From Myxococcota bacterium (GTDB lineage Bacteria > Myxococcota_A > SURF-8): a stretch of 64,000 bases of DNA. The stretch covers positions 3,904,001-3,968,000 of the forward strand of contig OZ223209.1 of assembly GCA_965140415.1 (NCBI GenBank). The letters run 5' to 3'. Position 1 is the first letter of the stretch. Each line of letters starts with the position of its first letter. Positions 43,905 to 53,105 of this stretch are shown piece after piece. The notes under the pieces were generated by a model that made no database searches, was not told where the DNA came from, and was given only the letters and a program-made list of their open reading frames with translations. A program made the position numbers and the translations under genes.

Positions 43905-44537
43905 ATGCAAATGAAGAATCTGAAATCGCGTCATTTAATGTTTCTCAGCCTGTTGATTGTTTCCTTCGCTTTGACTCCGATGTTCGCCTGCGGCAGCAAA
44001 GGTCCAAAACCGACCGGCGAAGAAAAAGTAGTGGAAACCAGCCGACCGGACAAAGCCGAATGGATGGGCAAACCGACCTGTCCCGAAGGTCGCGTATGCG
44101 CCCAAGGTTCCCGTACTCATTCGAAAAAACTGGAGCACGGCAAAACCGATGCGCATCATGCCGCATTAAAGCAATTCGCCAACGACCTACAAACCAAAGT
44201 GAAAAGCCTGTATGAAGCCGGACGCCAGGAAGACGGCGGAGACAGCGGAGTGCTGACCGAAGCGTACAAAGAATTGTATGCCGCCGCCAGCAAGCTGAAC
44301 ATCAGCAACGTCAAACTGGAAGATTTCTGGTGGCGTAAACTGAAGGTGCTGGAAGGCGATCAAGAATACCACTATTATTACGATTACTTCATCCTCGTCT
44401 CGATTTCCGAAGCCTCCTGGAAAAAGCAGGTCCAGGCGCTGATCGACGCAGCCAAGAAAAAAGCGGGCGAAGCCAACCAGCAGGAACTGGTGGACGCCAT
44501 GGACGACTTCGCCAAGGGCATCTTCGAAGAGGAGTAA
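43905..44537 (+). CDS. Lipoprotein (LPP20-like)
   Basis: Lipobox MFAC; conserved-type Trp followed by alpha/beta pattern; strong RBS AGGAGGAG. Confidence 0.65.
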   Translation: MQMKNLKSRHLMFLSLLIVSFALTPMFACGSKGPKPTGEEKVVETSRPDKAEWMGKPTCPEGRVCAQGSRTHSKKLEHGKTDAHHAALKQFANDLQTKVKSLYEAGRQEDGGDSGVLTEAYKELYAAASKLNISNVKLEDFWWRKLKVLEGDQEYHYYYDYFILVSISEASWKKQVQALIDAAKKKAGEANQQELVDAMDDFAKGIFEEE

Positions 44538-44580
44538 TCCTGCTGCTTTCCAAGTCATGTTCTGATTCGCGGGGGGAACA

Positions 44581-45534
44581 ATGAGGCCGGTACGGGTTGT
44601 GTTGGTGTTGTGTGTGCTTCTTTTATGGGCTTGCAGTACCACCAGCGTCAGTACCCGCCTGTTGCTTCCCCCACGCGCTTCCGTTTTCCAGAAACCACAA
44701 ACCATCGTCATCACCCCATTCTCAGGTCCACGCGGAAAGCTGATTACCGATAAAGTGCGCGCAGCCATCGTCAACGGCGGCCATCATACGTTGATTGCAC
44801 AAGGCAAACAGAATGCAACGCGCATCAAGCAGCTCGAACGCGCATTGGCGGCGGGCGAATCCGTTGACATGGGAAAGAGTGTAGCGGGCGCTGCAACGGT
44901 AATCGTCACCGGAAACGTGCATAAAGACGATTATTACATCGAGCGCGAAACGGAACTTGTGCGTAAGTGCCGGAAAACCAACAAGGACGGCAAATGCATC
45001 CTGGAAAAAACGGTGGCCGTTCATTCCATCAGTGAAACCTGCACCAGCGAAATCAACGGTCGGGTGATCCGGGTTGCCGATGGCAAAGTGGTTTTCGAGC
45101 GCAATAGCAGCGGAACGAAAACCTATTACGATTCACGTGAAAACCGCCAACCCCGCTCTCAGCGTAAGCAGATCTGCAAGCGGGCCAGCCTGCAAGCCAT
45201 CGAACAGTTTATCCCTTTTATTACGCCACATTACGCTACCGTGAACCTGCGCTTCCGAAACATCGAGGACCGTGCCAACGATACCGAGCGGGCCATTCAT
45301 TTTGCGGAAGTCAAGCAGTTCGGAAAAGCCCGCAGCCTGTTTGAAAAGGTTATCACCGATGAAAGCCTGTCGCCGGAGGATCGGGCCTGGGCACGTTATA
45401 ACCTGTCGGTGGTGCTATGGGTTCAGAAACAATACCAGGATTGTTTGACCCAGTTGGACCAGGTAATCGGTGAATTGGGCAACGACGGAGATGTACAGTC
45501 GATGTACAGCGAATGCAGCGACTACCTGCACTGA
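44581..45534 (+). CDS. Lipoprotein with CsgG/TolB-N-like domain and C-terminal TPR
   Basis: Lipobox LWAC, ITPFSG, ARYNL TPR helix. Confidence 0.6.
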   Translation: MRPVRVVLVLCVLLLWACSTTSVSTRLLLPPRASVFQKPQTIVITPFSGPRGKLITDKVRAAIVNGGHHTLIAQGKQNATRIKQLERALAAGESVDMGKSVAGAATVIVTGNVHKDDYYIERETELVRKCRKTNKDGKCILEKTVAVHSISETCTSEINGRVIRVADGKVVFERNSSGTKTYYDSRENRQPRSQRKQICKRASLQAIEQFIPFITPHYATVNLRFRNIEDRANDTERAIHFAEVKQFGKARSLFEKVITDESLSPEDRAWARYNLSVVLWVQKQYQDCLTQLDQVIGELGNDGDVQSMYSECSDYLH

Positions 45535-45574
45535 TCACGCATTCGAATCGATTCATCCAGCCAAGGACCGAAAC

Positions 45575-46951
45575 ATGCCCCAAGCACGCAGATTCGACAT
45601 TCATCCGTTCATGCTGGCTCTTTGTATTGCAATTCTATGCGCCTGTTCCACTCCAGGACGTCCGTTGCCGCCGGGAACGATAGAAGCCTCGTCAACACCA
45701 TTGCCGAACTGGACAGGCGGCAATCCGGGCGAATTATGCCCATCCGGTCAACGCTGCGTGGTCGGTCAATTTACCGACGCGACCAGTAAAGCCCAGGCGC
45801 TTGAAAGCGCCCGCACAAACGCATATCTGCAATTGGCGCAGCAAGCCTTTCCCGTACAACTGATTCAGCGTTATCAAAGCGAGCGCACGAGCGACGACGT
45901 ACAAGTAAGCGAAGCGCTGCAAGCCGAGGTGCTGGGCCACCTGACCGGAGCAAATAACCTGGAACAAGCCTGGATTCAACGCATACGGCATGAAGTGAAC
46001 GGTTCCTATCCGGTTTATGATGGCTGGGCTTTGGTCGCGATTGACAGCCACACCTTGCAGGGGCTTTATCAAAAAGAAATCCAGCGGACGAAAACCGAAG
46101 TTTCCACCATGTCGAATTCCCTACAGAAACTCTCCCGACAGGCGGAGATCGATCCACCTCATCTGCTTTCTGCCATGACCGAACTGGAAGCGATGAGACA
46201 GCGACTGCCGAAGTTGCAACCAATCCCCGAAACAGAACGCCTGGCTCGTGACATTCAAACGAAGCAGAATCACTTTATGCAGCAACTTCAAATTCGGCAG
46301 ATCTCGACGGAAAGAAAGGGAGAAACCAACAACCTAAAGCTATCCGTTAACTTTAATAAACAAGCCCTGCCCTCTTTTCCCCTGTCGATTCAAAGCGATT
46401 GCCTGCCCAATGACCTGAAACAAACGACCTCACCTTCAGGAGAAGTGCAGATCGCCGTACAAGCGCCCAGTTACTTCCAAGGATGCACCGTACATTTGCA
46501 ATCGGAACTGCTGCCGCCATGGTCGCAAGAACTGCTCATCAAACCTGCTTTTTCCTGCCTGCAAGTAAATCTGATACCGAAATTGGATGGCTGGAATGGC
46601 AACTCGCTGAATCGGAAGATCAAACAGAAAAAGGACCAATTGACCGAACCGTTGCTCAACCGGGCCGCTGCCTGCCAATCTTCCTCCAAAACGGGACTGC
46701 AAGTCATTTTGACTTTGGCAGGAGAACTCTCCAAGCCACGCCGTGTAGGAGGCAAAGTACAGCAATGTAGCGGACAAGCGACACTTCAAGTCACCATTGC
46801 CGATTCAACGGGAAAGATGTTACAGCAGCAATCCCGTTCGGTTCGCATTCAGGCTTTAGGGTTGAATTCGAAGCAGATCGTAAACAATGCAGCAGAAAAC
46901 TTCATGAAGCAACTTGCTCCGATCCTGCGAGAATGGGCGGATGGTTTGTAG
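45575..46951 (+). CDS. Lipoprotein (LPP20-like N-terminal domain + helical and beta domains)
   Basis: Lipobox LCAC, PNW, ALESARTNAY; ATG at 45575. Confidence 0.6.
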   Translation: MPQARRFDIHPFMLALCIAILCACSTPGRPLPPGTIEASSTPLPNWTGGNPGELCPSGQRCVVGQFTDATSKAQALESARTNAYLQLAQQAFPVQLIQRYQSERTSDDVQVSEALQAEVLGHLTGANNLEQAWIQRIRHEVNGSYPVYDGWALVAIDSHTLQGLYQKEIQRTKTEVSTMSNSLQKLSRQAEIDPPHLLSAMTELEAMRQRLPKLQPIPETERLARDIQTKQNHFMQQLQIRQISTERKGETNNLKLSVNFNKQALPSFPLSIQSDCLPNDLKQTTSPSGEVQIAVQAPSYFQGCTVHLQSELLPPWSQELLIKPAFSCLQVNLIPKLDGWNGNSLNRKIKQKKDQLTEPLLNRAAACQSSSKTGLQVILTLAGELSKPRRVGGKVQQCSGQATLQVTIADSTGKMLQQQSRSVRIQALGLNSKQIVNNAAENFMKQLAPILREWADGL

Positions 46952-46984
46952 AGATTGACCCGATGGGAGTTAGCGATGTCTTAT

Positions 46985-47145
46985 TGTAGCGGCGAGGCGT
47001 GAGCCCGCCGAAAAACACAAGTTGGTTTCAGGGTGGCGCGGGCTAAACCGCTGGTTTGCCCGTGTTCGAGGGCCACATGGGCAAGCTTCGTTTCTCTCCG
47101 CTTGGTCCATGCCACACGTCGGCGGGCTAACGCTCCGCCACTACA
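46985..47145. repeat. REPIN-like element: inverted GTAG-REP pair enclosing a second palindromic pair
   Basis: TGTAGCGGCGAGGCGTGAGCCCGCCGA (46985-47011) versus the reverse complement of 47119-47145, TGTAGTGGCGGAGCGTTAGCCCGCCGA. Confidence 0.8.
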
Positions 47146-47188
47146 GAAAATCAAAAGATCGCATCACTAAGAATGATTATTAAACAGT

Positions 47189-48931
47189 CTAGAACGGATA
47201 GTAACCTGTAATACACAATCCTTCACCGGTGCCGAAACCGATATCGTAACAAACGTAGTCACCGCGACAAGTCGTCGAATCCCCCAGCGTGCAGATTCGA
47301 ATGCAGAGATTTTCCACTTCGTAGTAGTTGTATTCGATTTCCAGGCAATAACTGTTTTCCGGACAACTGAGAATCGGATTATTCGTATCGCAGACCTGAG
47401 TACACATGCCACGCGGCCAGATAATGTTGGGTGAAGGAAATTCAAGCAGACAGGTTCCCGATTCGCACTCGTAGGCATCCTCACAAGAACCGCCGATGTG
47501 GCTGAGATTGCAACTCATCGTATTGGGAATGCAGGTATTCCAGCCTACAACATTTCGGCAGGCCGAACCGTTGGGGCAATCGGCATGACTGTCGCAACCG
47601 GGCGAGCAATACTGATCGAACGTCTCCGAATTGTTGATGCAGGCGGCTCCACCTTCGCAATCCTCCTGACCCTCGCACCAGTCGCAGTATCCGCCACCGC
47701 TGGATTGCAGTTCGCATTCCCCAGTCTGCTGATTGCACACATAGCCTTCCGAGCATCCTGTCTCGGTGCAATCTTCGCTTGAAGGCTCGCATACTCCGCT
47801 GGTTGTATTGCAGCTAAAACCGCTATCGCATCCGGTATGCACGCAGTGAGTCGGATCGACTTCACACTGGCCACTGTTCCAGTCGCAGTCGTACCCCGGA
47901 TTACAACCGGTATTGCGGCAGTTATCCTGTGATAGTTCACAGTCCCCCGTCTGCTCGTTGCAGGTAAATCCCTCGTCGCAGCCTGTGACGACGCAATGAG
48001 TCGGGTCGTAGTCGCAACTTCCCGTTTCCTCATTGCATTGCGCACCAGCCGGGCAACCGGTAACGTGGCAATGATTGCCTTGATACTCACACTCTCCAGT
48101 GGACTCCGAACAGACCATGCGCTCGGGACAAGTTACGCTTGCGCAGCGATCGCAATATCCGCTGGCAGGACGGCATTGTTTACCCAGGCGCGATCCGTTT
48201 TCCGCAAAGATATCGCTGCAACCATATCCCACCGGGCAGAGCGTTTCATCGTCGCAGATGCGCCCGCAGTAGAATTCTCCGCTAAGATCCTGAAGGCACA
48301 AGTTAAACAGCGCCCCTTCCGAATTGCAATCGGCATCCCGTTCACAGGGTTCGCATAAAGCACCGTTTAAATACTCGATATCCCCATCGATGACGTCTCC
48401 GTCCGAAAGATCGCCATCTAAACTATCCCCGTCGGAATCCGTCCAGGGAGTGCATTTCCCATCCTGACAATAGCTGCCATCCGGACAATCTCTGCTTTCC
48501 GAGCATGAAATCGAAGAGGAATCGCCGTCTGTGGGTCTTTCCGTGCATATGCCTAACGTGAGATCGCAGTATTCATCCTCAAGACAATCGTTATCATCTT
48601 CACATCCGGTTGGATCGTCGGTATTTGGAGGCAGGCAATAGCCATCGACGCAGTCGTAGGATTCCGGGCATTCTTCCCAGGTGGTGCAACCTTGTGCAAG
48701 CTGACACTGACCATCCAGGCAGAATTCATCGATCAGGCAATCACTGGCCGTGGTGCAGGTGCGTTGCGTTCGGCAGCGATTGTTGGCGCAGAACTGTCCC
48801 GCCTCGCAATCCTCATCCTGATTGCAAGCGGACACAGCCTGATCGGCTTCCTCTTCATTGCAGCCGACCACCACAATAAGGAGGGAAATTCCCAACAGCA
48901 AGCAAAGCCAGGTAAAACGAAACCCGTTCAT
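47189..48931 (-). CDS. Cysteine-rich repeat lipoprotein
   Basis: Lipobox VVGC; CxxDxDC..G..C modules, DGD linker, six 4-Cys repeats. Confidence 0.85.
   Translation of the reverse strand: MNGFRFTWLCLLLGISLLIVVVGCNEEEADQAVSACNQDEDCEAGQFCANNRCRTQRTCTTASDCLIDEFCLDGQCQLAQGCTTWEECPESYDCVDGYCLPPNTDDPTGCEDDNDCLEDEYCDLTLGICTERPTDGDSSSISCSESRDCPDGSYCQDGKCTPWTDSDGDSLDGDLSDGDVIDGDIEYLNGALCEPCERDADCNSEGALFNLCLQDLSGEFYCGRICDDETLCPVGYGCSDIFAENGSRLGKQCRPASGYCDRCASVTCPERMVCSESTGECEYQGNHCHVTGCPAGAQCNEETGSCDYDPTHCVVTGCDEGFTCNEQTGDCELSQDNCRNTGCNPGYDCDWNSGQCEVDPTHCVHTGCDSGFSCNTTSGVCEPSSEDCTETGCSEGYVCNQQTGECELQSSGGGYCDWCEGQEDCEGGAACINNSETFDQYCSPGCDSHADCPNGSACRNVVGWNTCIPNTMSCNLSHIGGSCEDAYECESGTCLLEFPSPNIIWPRGMCTQVCDTNNPILSCPENSYCLEIEYNYYEVENLCIRICTLGDSTTCRGDYVCYDIGFGTGEGLCITGYYPF
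47711..48145 (-). repeat. Six tandem 25-aa repeats, CxxTGCxxGxxCNxxTGxCE
   Basis: Read directly from the translation. Confidence 0.85.
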
Positions 48932-49103
48932 CGTTTTTCTTTCGAATACCCTTCAAACAAGGCGAACGTGTTATCGAAAACATCTTTACTGTAGTGTAAC
49001 AAAGCACAGATCGAGGGTCAAACGGATGATCGTCTATCGGGTTTCATGAAACTCTATAAGACAACTCGATGCCACACGTCTTCCACGATTTCTTCACTCG
49101 ATC

Positions 49104-49502
49104 TCAATCGATATGAATAACCGCCGTGTTGTCTTGAACTTCTACCGAATAGACGGTGATGTCGTTTTTGGCCGACCCGCCCTGCAACTGACCCGAATAA
49201 TTGAATGTGGATTTGCCGACGCTGCAACATTGCACGTTGCCTTCGCCGGATAAAGGATCGAGCCTGCGCCCACCATGCGTGCAGCGGTTTTTAAAGGCAT
49301 GCAGTTCGTTGTCTTCGCCGCGCAGCAGCAGGACTCTTACCGGTGCATTCTTTCCTTCCAGGCGAATCGCGCCGCCATTGGAAGCCAATTCCGGCACACG
49401 CTGCAAGTCGACGGTAATTGCCCCGTCTTCATAACGCCAGCAACCTTCATTGGTGGGAACCTGAGTGTCGCAAATTCCAAATAGACGTTTGAAAATCCCC
49501 AT
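49104..49502 (-). CDS. Rieske-like [2Fe-2S] protein (atypical second ligand box)
   Basis: AFKNRCTHGG ... VQCCSVGKSTF. Confidence 0.8.
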   Translation of the reverse strand: MGIFKRLFGICDTQVPTNEGCWRYEDGAITVDLQRVPELASNGGAIRLEGKNAPVRVLLLRGEDNELHAFKNRCTHGGRRLDPLSGEGNVQCCSVGKSTFNYSGQLQGGSAKNDITVYSVEVQDNTAVIHID

Positions 49503-49547
49503 GTTTTCCTCCTGTCTTCAAAATAAACGCCGTCTTGCCTTTATATA

Positions 49548-50663
49548 CTATTTCTTCTTCGGCTTTGGTTTTCCAACCGGTTTTCTCTTGGAATCTCCAG
49601 CAGGCTTACCGGAAGGCTTCCTTGTCGACTTCTCTACAGGCTTTCCGCTGGGTTTTCCCGCAGGCTTGCCTGGCTTACCTATAGGTTTTCCCGCAGGTTT
49701 TCCTTTTCCTCGTTCATGGCGAGGTGTTCGGCGCTCCGGTCCGGAAGAGGCACGCTTGCTATCGTCATCCTTCTCCGTCTTTTCGGCACGTGCACCAAAC
49801 GGTTTCCCTTTGCTTTTGGGATTATTGCGTCCCTGCCGTTTCATCGGCGCTTTCTTTTTTCCAGCAGCACTTGATTCCGGTTTGTTGTCGTCTTTAATGG
49901 CAAATGTGGGTTCCGATTTTTTACGCGACGACCGATCCGTTTGATACAGGCCCACCATTTCATAGAGCTGAAGTATTTCACTGGGTGTCAGGGGGCGAAT
50001 GTCTCCTGGGAACATCTCCTCAATCGTCAGCCCGGCAAAGGATACCCGCTTCAATTTCAACACCTGACCGCCAACCGCTTCGACGATACGTCGAATTTCA
50101 CGATTGCGCCCTTCCGTCAGCGTGAACAGGTACCACATGTTCTTGTCCGTTTCGCGCAACGGCTCCACATCTAGCACATGGGCGACGCCATCCTCCAGCA
50201 ACACGCCTTCTTTCACGCGATCCAGCTGGGCTTTGCTCAGGCTTCCCTTGACCTTGACTTCATACTCCTTGACGACACCCGTGGAAGGATGCGTCAAGCG
50301 GTGCGCCAGTTCGCCGTCATTGGTCAGCAGCAAGGCACCTTCGCTATGAAAATCCAAGCGACCCGCTGTGAACAAACGGCGCGTCTCTTTGACCAGGTCG
50401 AAGACCACCGGCCGACCATGTTCGTCTGAAGCGCTGGTAATATATCCCGGCGGCTTATATAACAGCAGGTAAATCTTTTTCTCGAACTGAATACGCTTGT
50501 TTTCCACTTCGATCTTGTCGCGATCCGGATCGGCACGAGTGCCCAGTTCGGTGACCACACGATTATTGAGCTTCACCTTCCCGGCGGAAATCAGTTCTTC
50601 CGCGCGACGACGAGAACAAATCCCCGCCTGGGCGATCAGTTTCTGCAAACGTTCTTTAGCCAC
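49548..50663 (-). CDS. rluB: rRNA pseudouridine synthase (RluB/RsuA family) with Lys-rich tail
   Basis: S4 domain RLQK..SRR.AE, GRLD, LLLTNDG, EGRNREIRR; synteny with scpAB. Confidence 0.92.
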   Translation of the reverse strand: MAKERLQKLIAQAGICSRRRAEELISAGKVKLNNRVVTELGTRADPDRDKIEVENKRIQFEKKIYLLLYKPPGYITSASDEHGRPVVFDLVKETRRLFTAGRLDFHSEGALLLTNDGELAHRLTHPSTGVVKEYEVKVKGSLSKAQLDRVKEGVLLEDGVAHVLDVEPLRETDKNMWYLFTLTEGRNREIRRIVEAVGGQVLKLKRVSFAGLTIEEMFPGDIRPLTPSEILQLYEMVGLYQTDRSSRKKSEPTFAIKDDNKPESSAAGKKKAPMKRQGRNNPKSKGKPFGARAEKTEKDDDSKRASSGPERRTPRHERGKGKPAGKPIGKPGKPAGKPSGKPVEKSTRKPSGKPAGDSKRKPVGKPKPKKK

Positions 50664-50665
50664 CG

Positions 50666-51943
50666 CTATTGCTCCTCTTCGTCCTCTTGTGACGATTTAC
50701 TCGTTTCCTGTTCGGACGACACCGATTCCGGTTCTTCTTTGCCATCATCCTGGGCGCTCAGGCTTCCTTCAGGGTTGGCAATCACTTCCACCTCGGCAAC
50801 GGCCTGACCCGGCTCCTGCTCGTCCTGCTCGTCATACGGTACGCGCCCCAAGACTTCGCGCATACGCTGATCCACGGTTTCCACCGCTTCATCCAACGCG
50901 TCCGCCGCTTTAGCCAGTTCCGCCGCAGCCTCGCTGTCATCGGCCTGTATTCCCGCCAGGCGATAGATCGGATCCTCCTCCTCTTCCATGCCCTGCACAG
51001 GCTCTTCCCCGCTTTCCTCGCGGCCATAGGTGGATTCGACCTTGATCTGATGCTCTTCGGTCAATTCCTGGAACTCCTGTAAGGTCGGTAGATCGCGCAA
51101 CGACCGAAGGTGAAAGGTTTCCAGGAAATCCTTGCTGGTACCGTAAATCAAAGGACGACCCGGCTCTTCGCGCTTACCGAGAATGCGAATGAGTTTTTTA
51201 TCCAACAACAAGCGTAGTACACCGCCGGAATCCACACCACGGATATCCTCGATTTCCGCACGGGTAATGGGCTGGCGATACGCCACGATAGCCAACGATT
51301 CCAAGGCCGGACGCGAAAGCTTCAACGGCTTTGTACGCAGCATTTCCTGAATGTAGGGAGCACATAACGGATCGGAACGGAACTGATACCCATTACTGAT
51401 TTCAACCAGATGAAACCCCAATGAAGGGTCCGCCCATTTATGGAGCAGATCGGACAATACTTCGCGGATTTCCGATGCCTGCGCCTGTGGAATGGCTCTC
51501 ACCAAAGCCCCTTTTCCAAGCACCCGACCATTGACGAAGATCAGTCCTTCAACAATCTGCGTTAATTGCTCTTTCGGAATTTCCCAGCTTTTCTCGGCAG
51601 TTGAGTCACTATCGGCAGAAGCCTCCTCATCCGTCCATTCTTCTGCGGCAAGCTCAATATCCGACATCGCTATCAAGTCATTTTCATCTGCGGATTCCGC
51701 CTCTCGATCGGTTTCGGAACCGTTTTCATCGTCGGTATCAGCAGTCTCTTCCTTATCCAAATCATTTTCATCTGGATTCTCTTCTGAATCCGTTTGCTCT
51801 TGCTCTTCTGCTGCTACAGATTCCAATTCCGGCAAATCTTTGGACTCCGGTACCGACTCATCCGGTATCTCTATCGAGCGATCCGGCTCCGTATCAGCCG
51901 TTTGCTCCTCGATGATATCCGTCTCTTTATTATTATCGCTCAT
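50666..51943 (-). CDS. scpB: SMC-Scp complex subunit ScpB with acidic extensions
   Basis: LSRPALESLAIVAYRQPITRAEIEDIRGV, GRP..YGT..FL. Confidence 0.95.
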   Translation of the reverse strand: MSDNNKETDIIEEQTADTEPDRSIEIPDESVPESKDLPELESVAAEEQEQTDSEENPDENDLDKEETADTDDENGSETDREAESADENDLIAMSDIELAAEEWTDEEASADSDSTAEKSWEIPKEQLTQIVEGLIFVNGRVLGKGALVRAIPQAQASEIREVLSDLLHKWADPSLGFHLVEISNGYQFRSDPLCAPYIQEMLRTKPLKLSRPALESLAIVAYRQPITRAEIEDIRGVDSGGVLRLLLDKKLIRILGKREEPGRPLIYGTSKDFLETFHLRSLRDLPTLQEFQELTEEHQIKVESTYGREESGEEPVQGMEEEEDPIYRLAGIQADDSEAAAELAKAADALDEAVETVDQRMREVLGRVPYDEQDEQEPGQAVAEVEVIANPEGSLSAQDDGKEEPESVSSEQETSKSSQEDEEEQ

Positions 51944-51960
51944 CGCCTCTGCTCATGCTA

Positions 51961-52812
51961 TCAGGAGAATAATTCCCCATTGCTATTGCCATTTTCCTGT
52001 TCTTCCAACGTCACGCGCCGCAGGATTTCCTTATCTTCCGGCGCATCCTTTCGACGTGAAAGATAAATTTCACCCAAGGACGCCGTTTGGAAAATCCGCA
52101 AAACCTTCATGCGAGCCAGTTCCAAAACAGCCAAGAAAGTAGAGATCAGTTCCGGGCGAGAATAAATGTTGCGGAACAAATCCTTAAATACCACTCGACC
52201 GGCTTCCTTTAGCTCCTTCAGTACGTCTTGAATTTTGTCCTCTACCCGTACCGTGTCGATCTGCACCTGATGCGGCGCATGTAACTTGACTTTATCCAAT
52301 ACATCCTGGAAGACTTCGATCAATTGGAAAACCGAAACTTCCCCAATTTCCACCTCTTTATCCGGTAATTGGGCACTACGATCCGGAGGACGCACAAAGA
52401 CGTCGCGTGTCAACATGGGTTGACTGGACAAGCGCTCTGCGGCATCTTTATACTTCTGATATTCCAACAGACGCCGCACCAGTTCTTCTCTTGGATCTCC
52501 TTCTTCCGTATCCTCTTCTTCCTCTTGAACGTCCACCGGCAACAGCATGCGGGATTTGATATGTGCCAGGGTTGCCGCCATCACCAGGAAGTCGCCGACA
52601 CGATCGAGATTGAGTTGCTCCATCACAGCCACATAAGCCAGGTACTTCTCGGTGATCTCCGCTATCGGAATATCGAAGATATCCATCTCATGCTGACGTA
52701 TTAAATGCAGCAACAGATCCAGGGGACCGGAAAATTTTTCAAGCTCTATCAGGAATGAATCTTCGCCTGCTTCAACAGGCGTATCCTCTTTAAGCGTTTT
52801 GCTTTCTTGCAC
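51961..52812 (-). CDS. scpA: Segregation and condensation protein A (kleisin)
   Basis: FSGPLDLLLHLI, IKSRMLLP, FLAVLEL; GTG at 52812 after GGAGGAGG. Confidence 0.95.
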   Translation of the reverse strand: MQESKTLKEDTPVEAGEDSFLIELEKFSGPLDLLLHLIRQHEMDIFDIPIAEITEKYLAYVAVMEQLNLDRVGDFLVMAATLAHIKSRMLLPVDVQEEEEDTEEGDPREELVRRLLEYQKYKDAAERLSSQPMLTRDVFVRPPDRSAQLPDKEVEIGEVSVFQLIEVFQDVLDKVKLHAPHQVQIDTVRVEDKIQDVLKELKEAGRVVFKDLFRNIYSRPELISTFLAVLELARMKVLRIFQTASLGEIYLSRRKDAPEDKEILRRVTLEEQENGNSNGELFS

Positions 52813-53105
52813 TACATTCGCCTCCTCCCAAATTGAGCGTTTGTAACCTACAAGCGCCCCAATTGCAAGCGCATAATACAACTCGCACAACGTATCTTAC
52901 TTGACTTCTAAAGTATTTTGGGCTATCGCAAAGAGGCTGTTCGGTAAATTTAAAGAAATTCGAAACCTTTGCCCATCAAGACGTGAATGGGTCCACATGT
53001 GGAGTTCATCCGATTGGAGAAAACGAACGCCTTGATGATTTCGATCTCTTTAATTGCCGGACGAAGGGAAGTATCGGGAAAACCATAAAAATACTGGAGG
53101 ATCTC

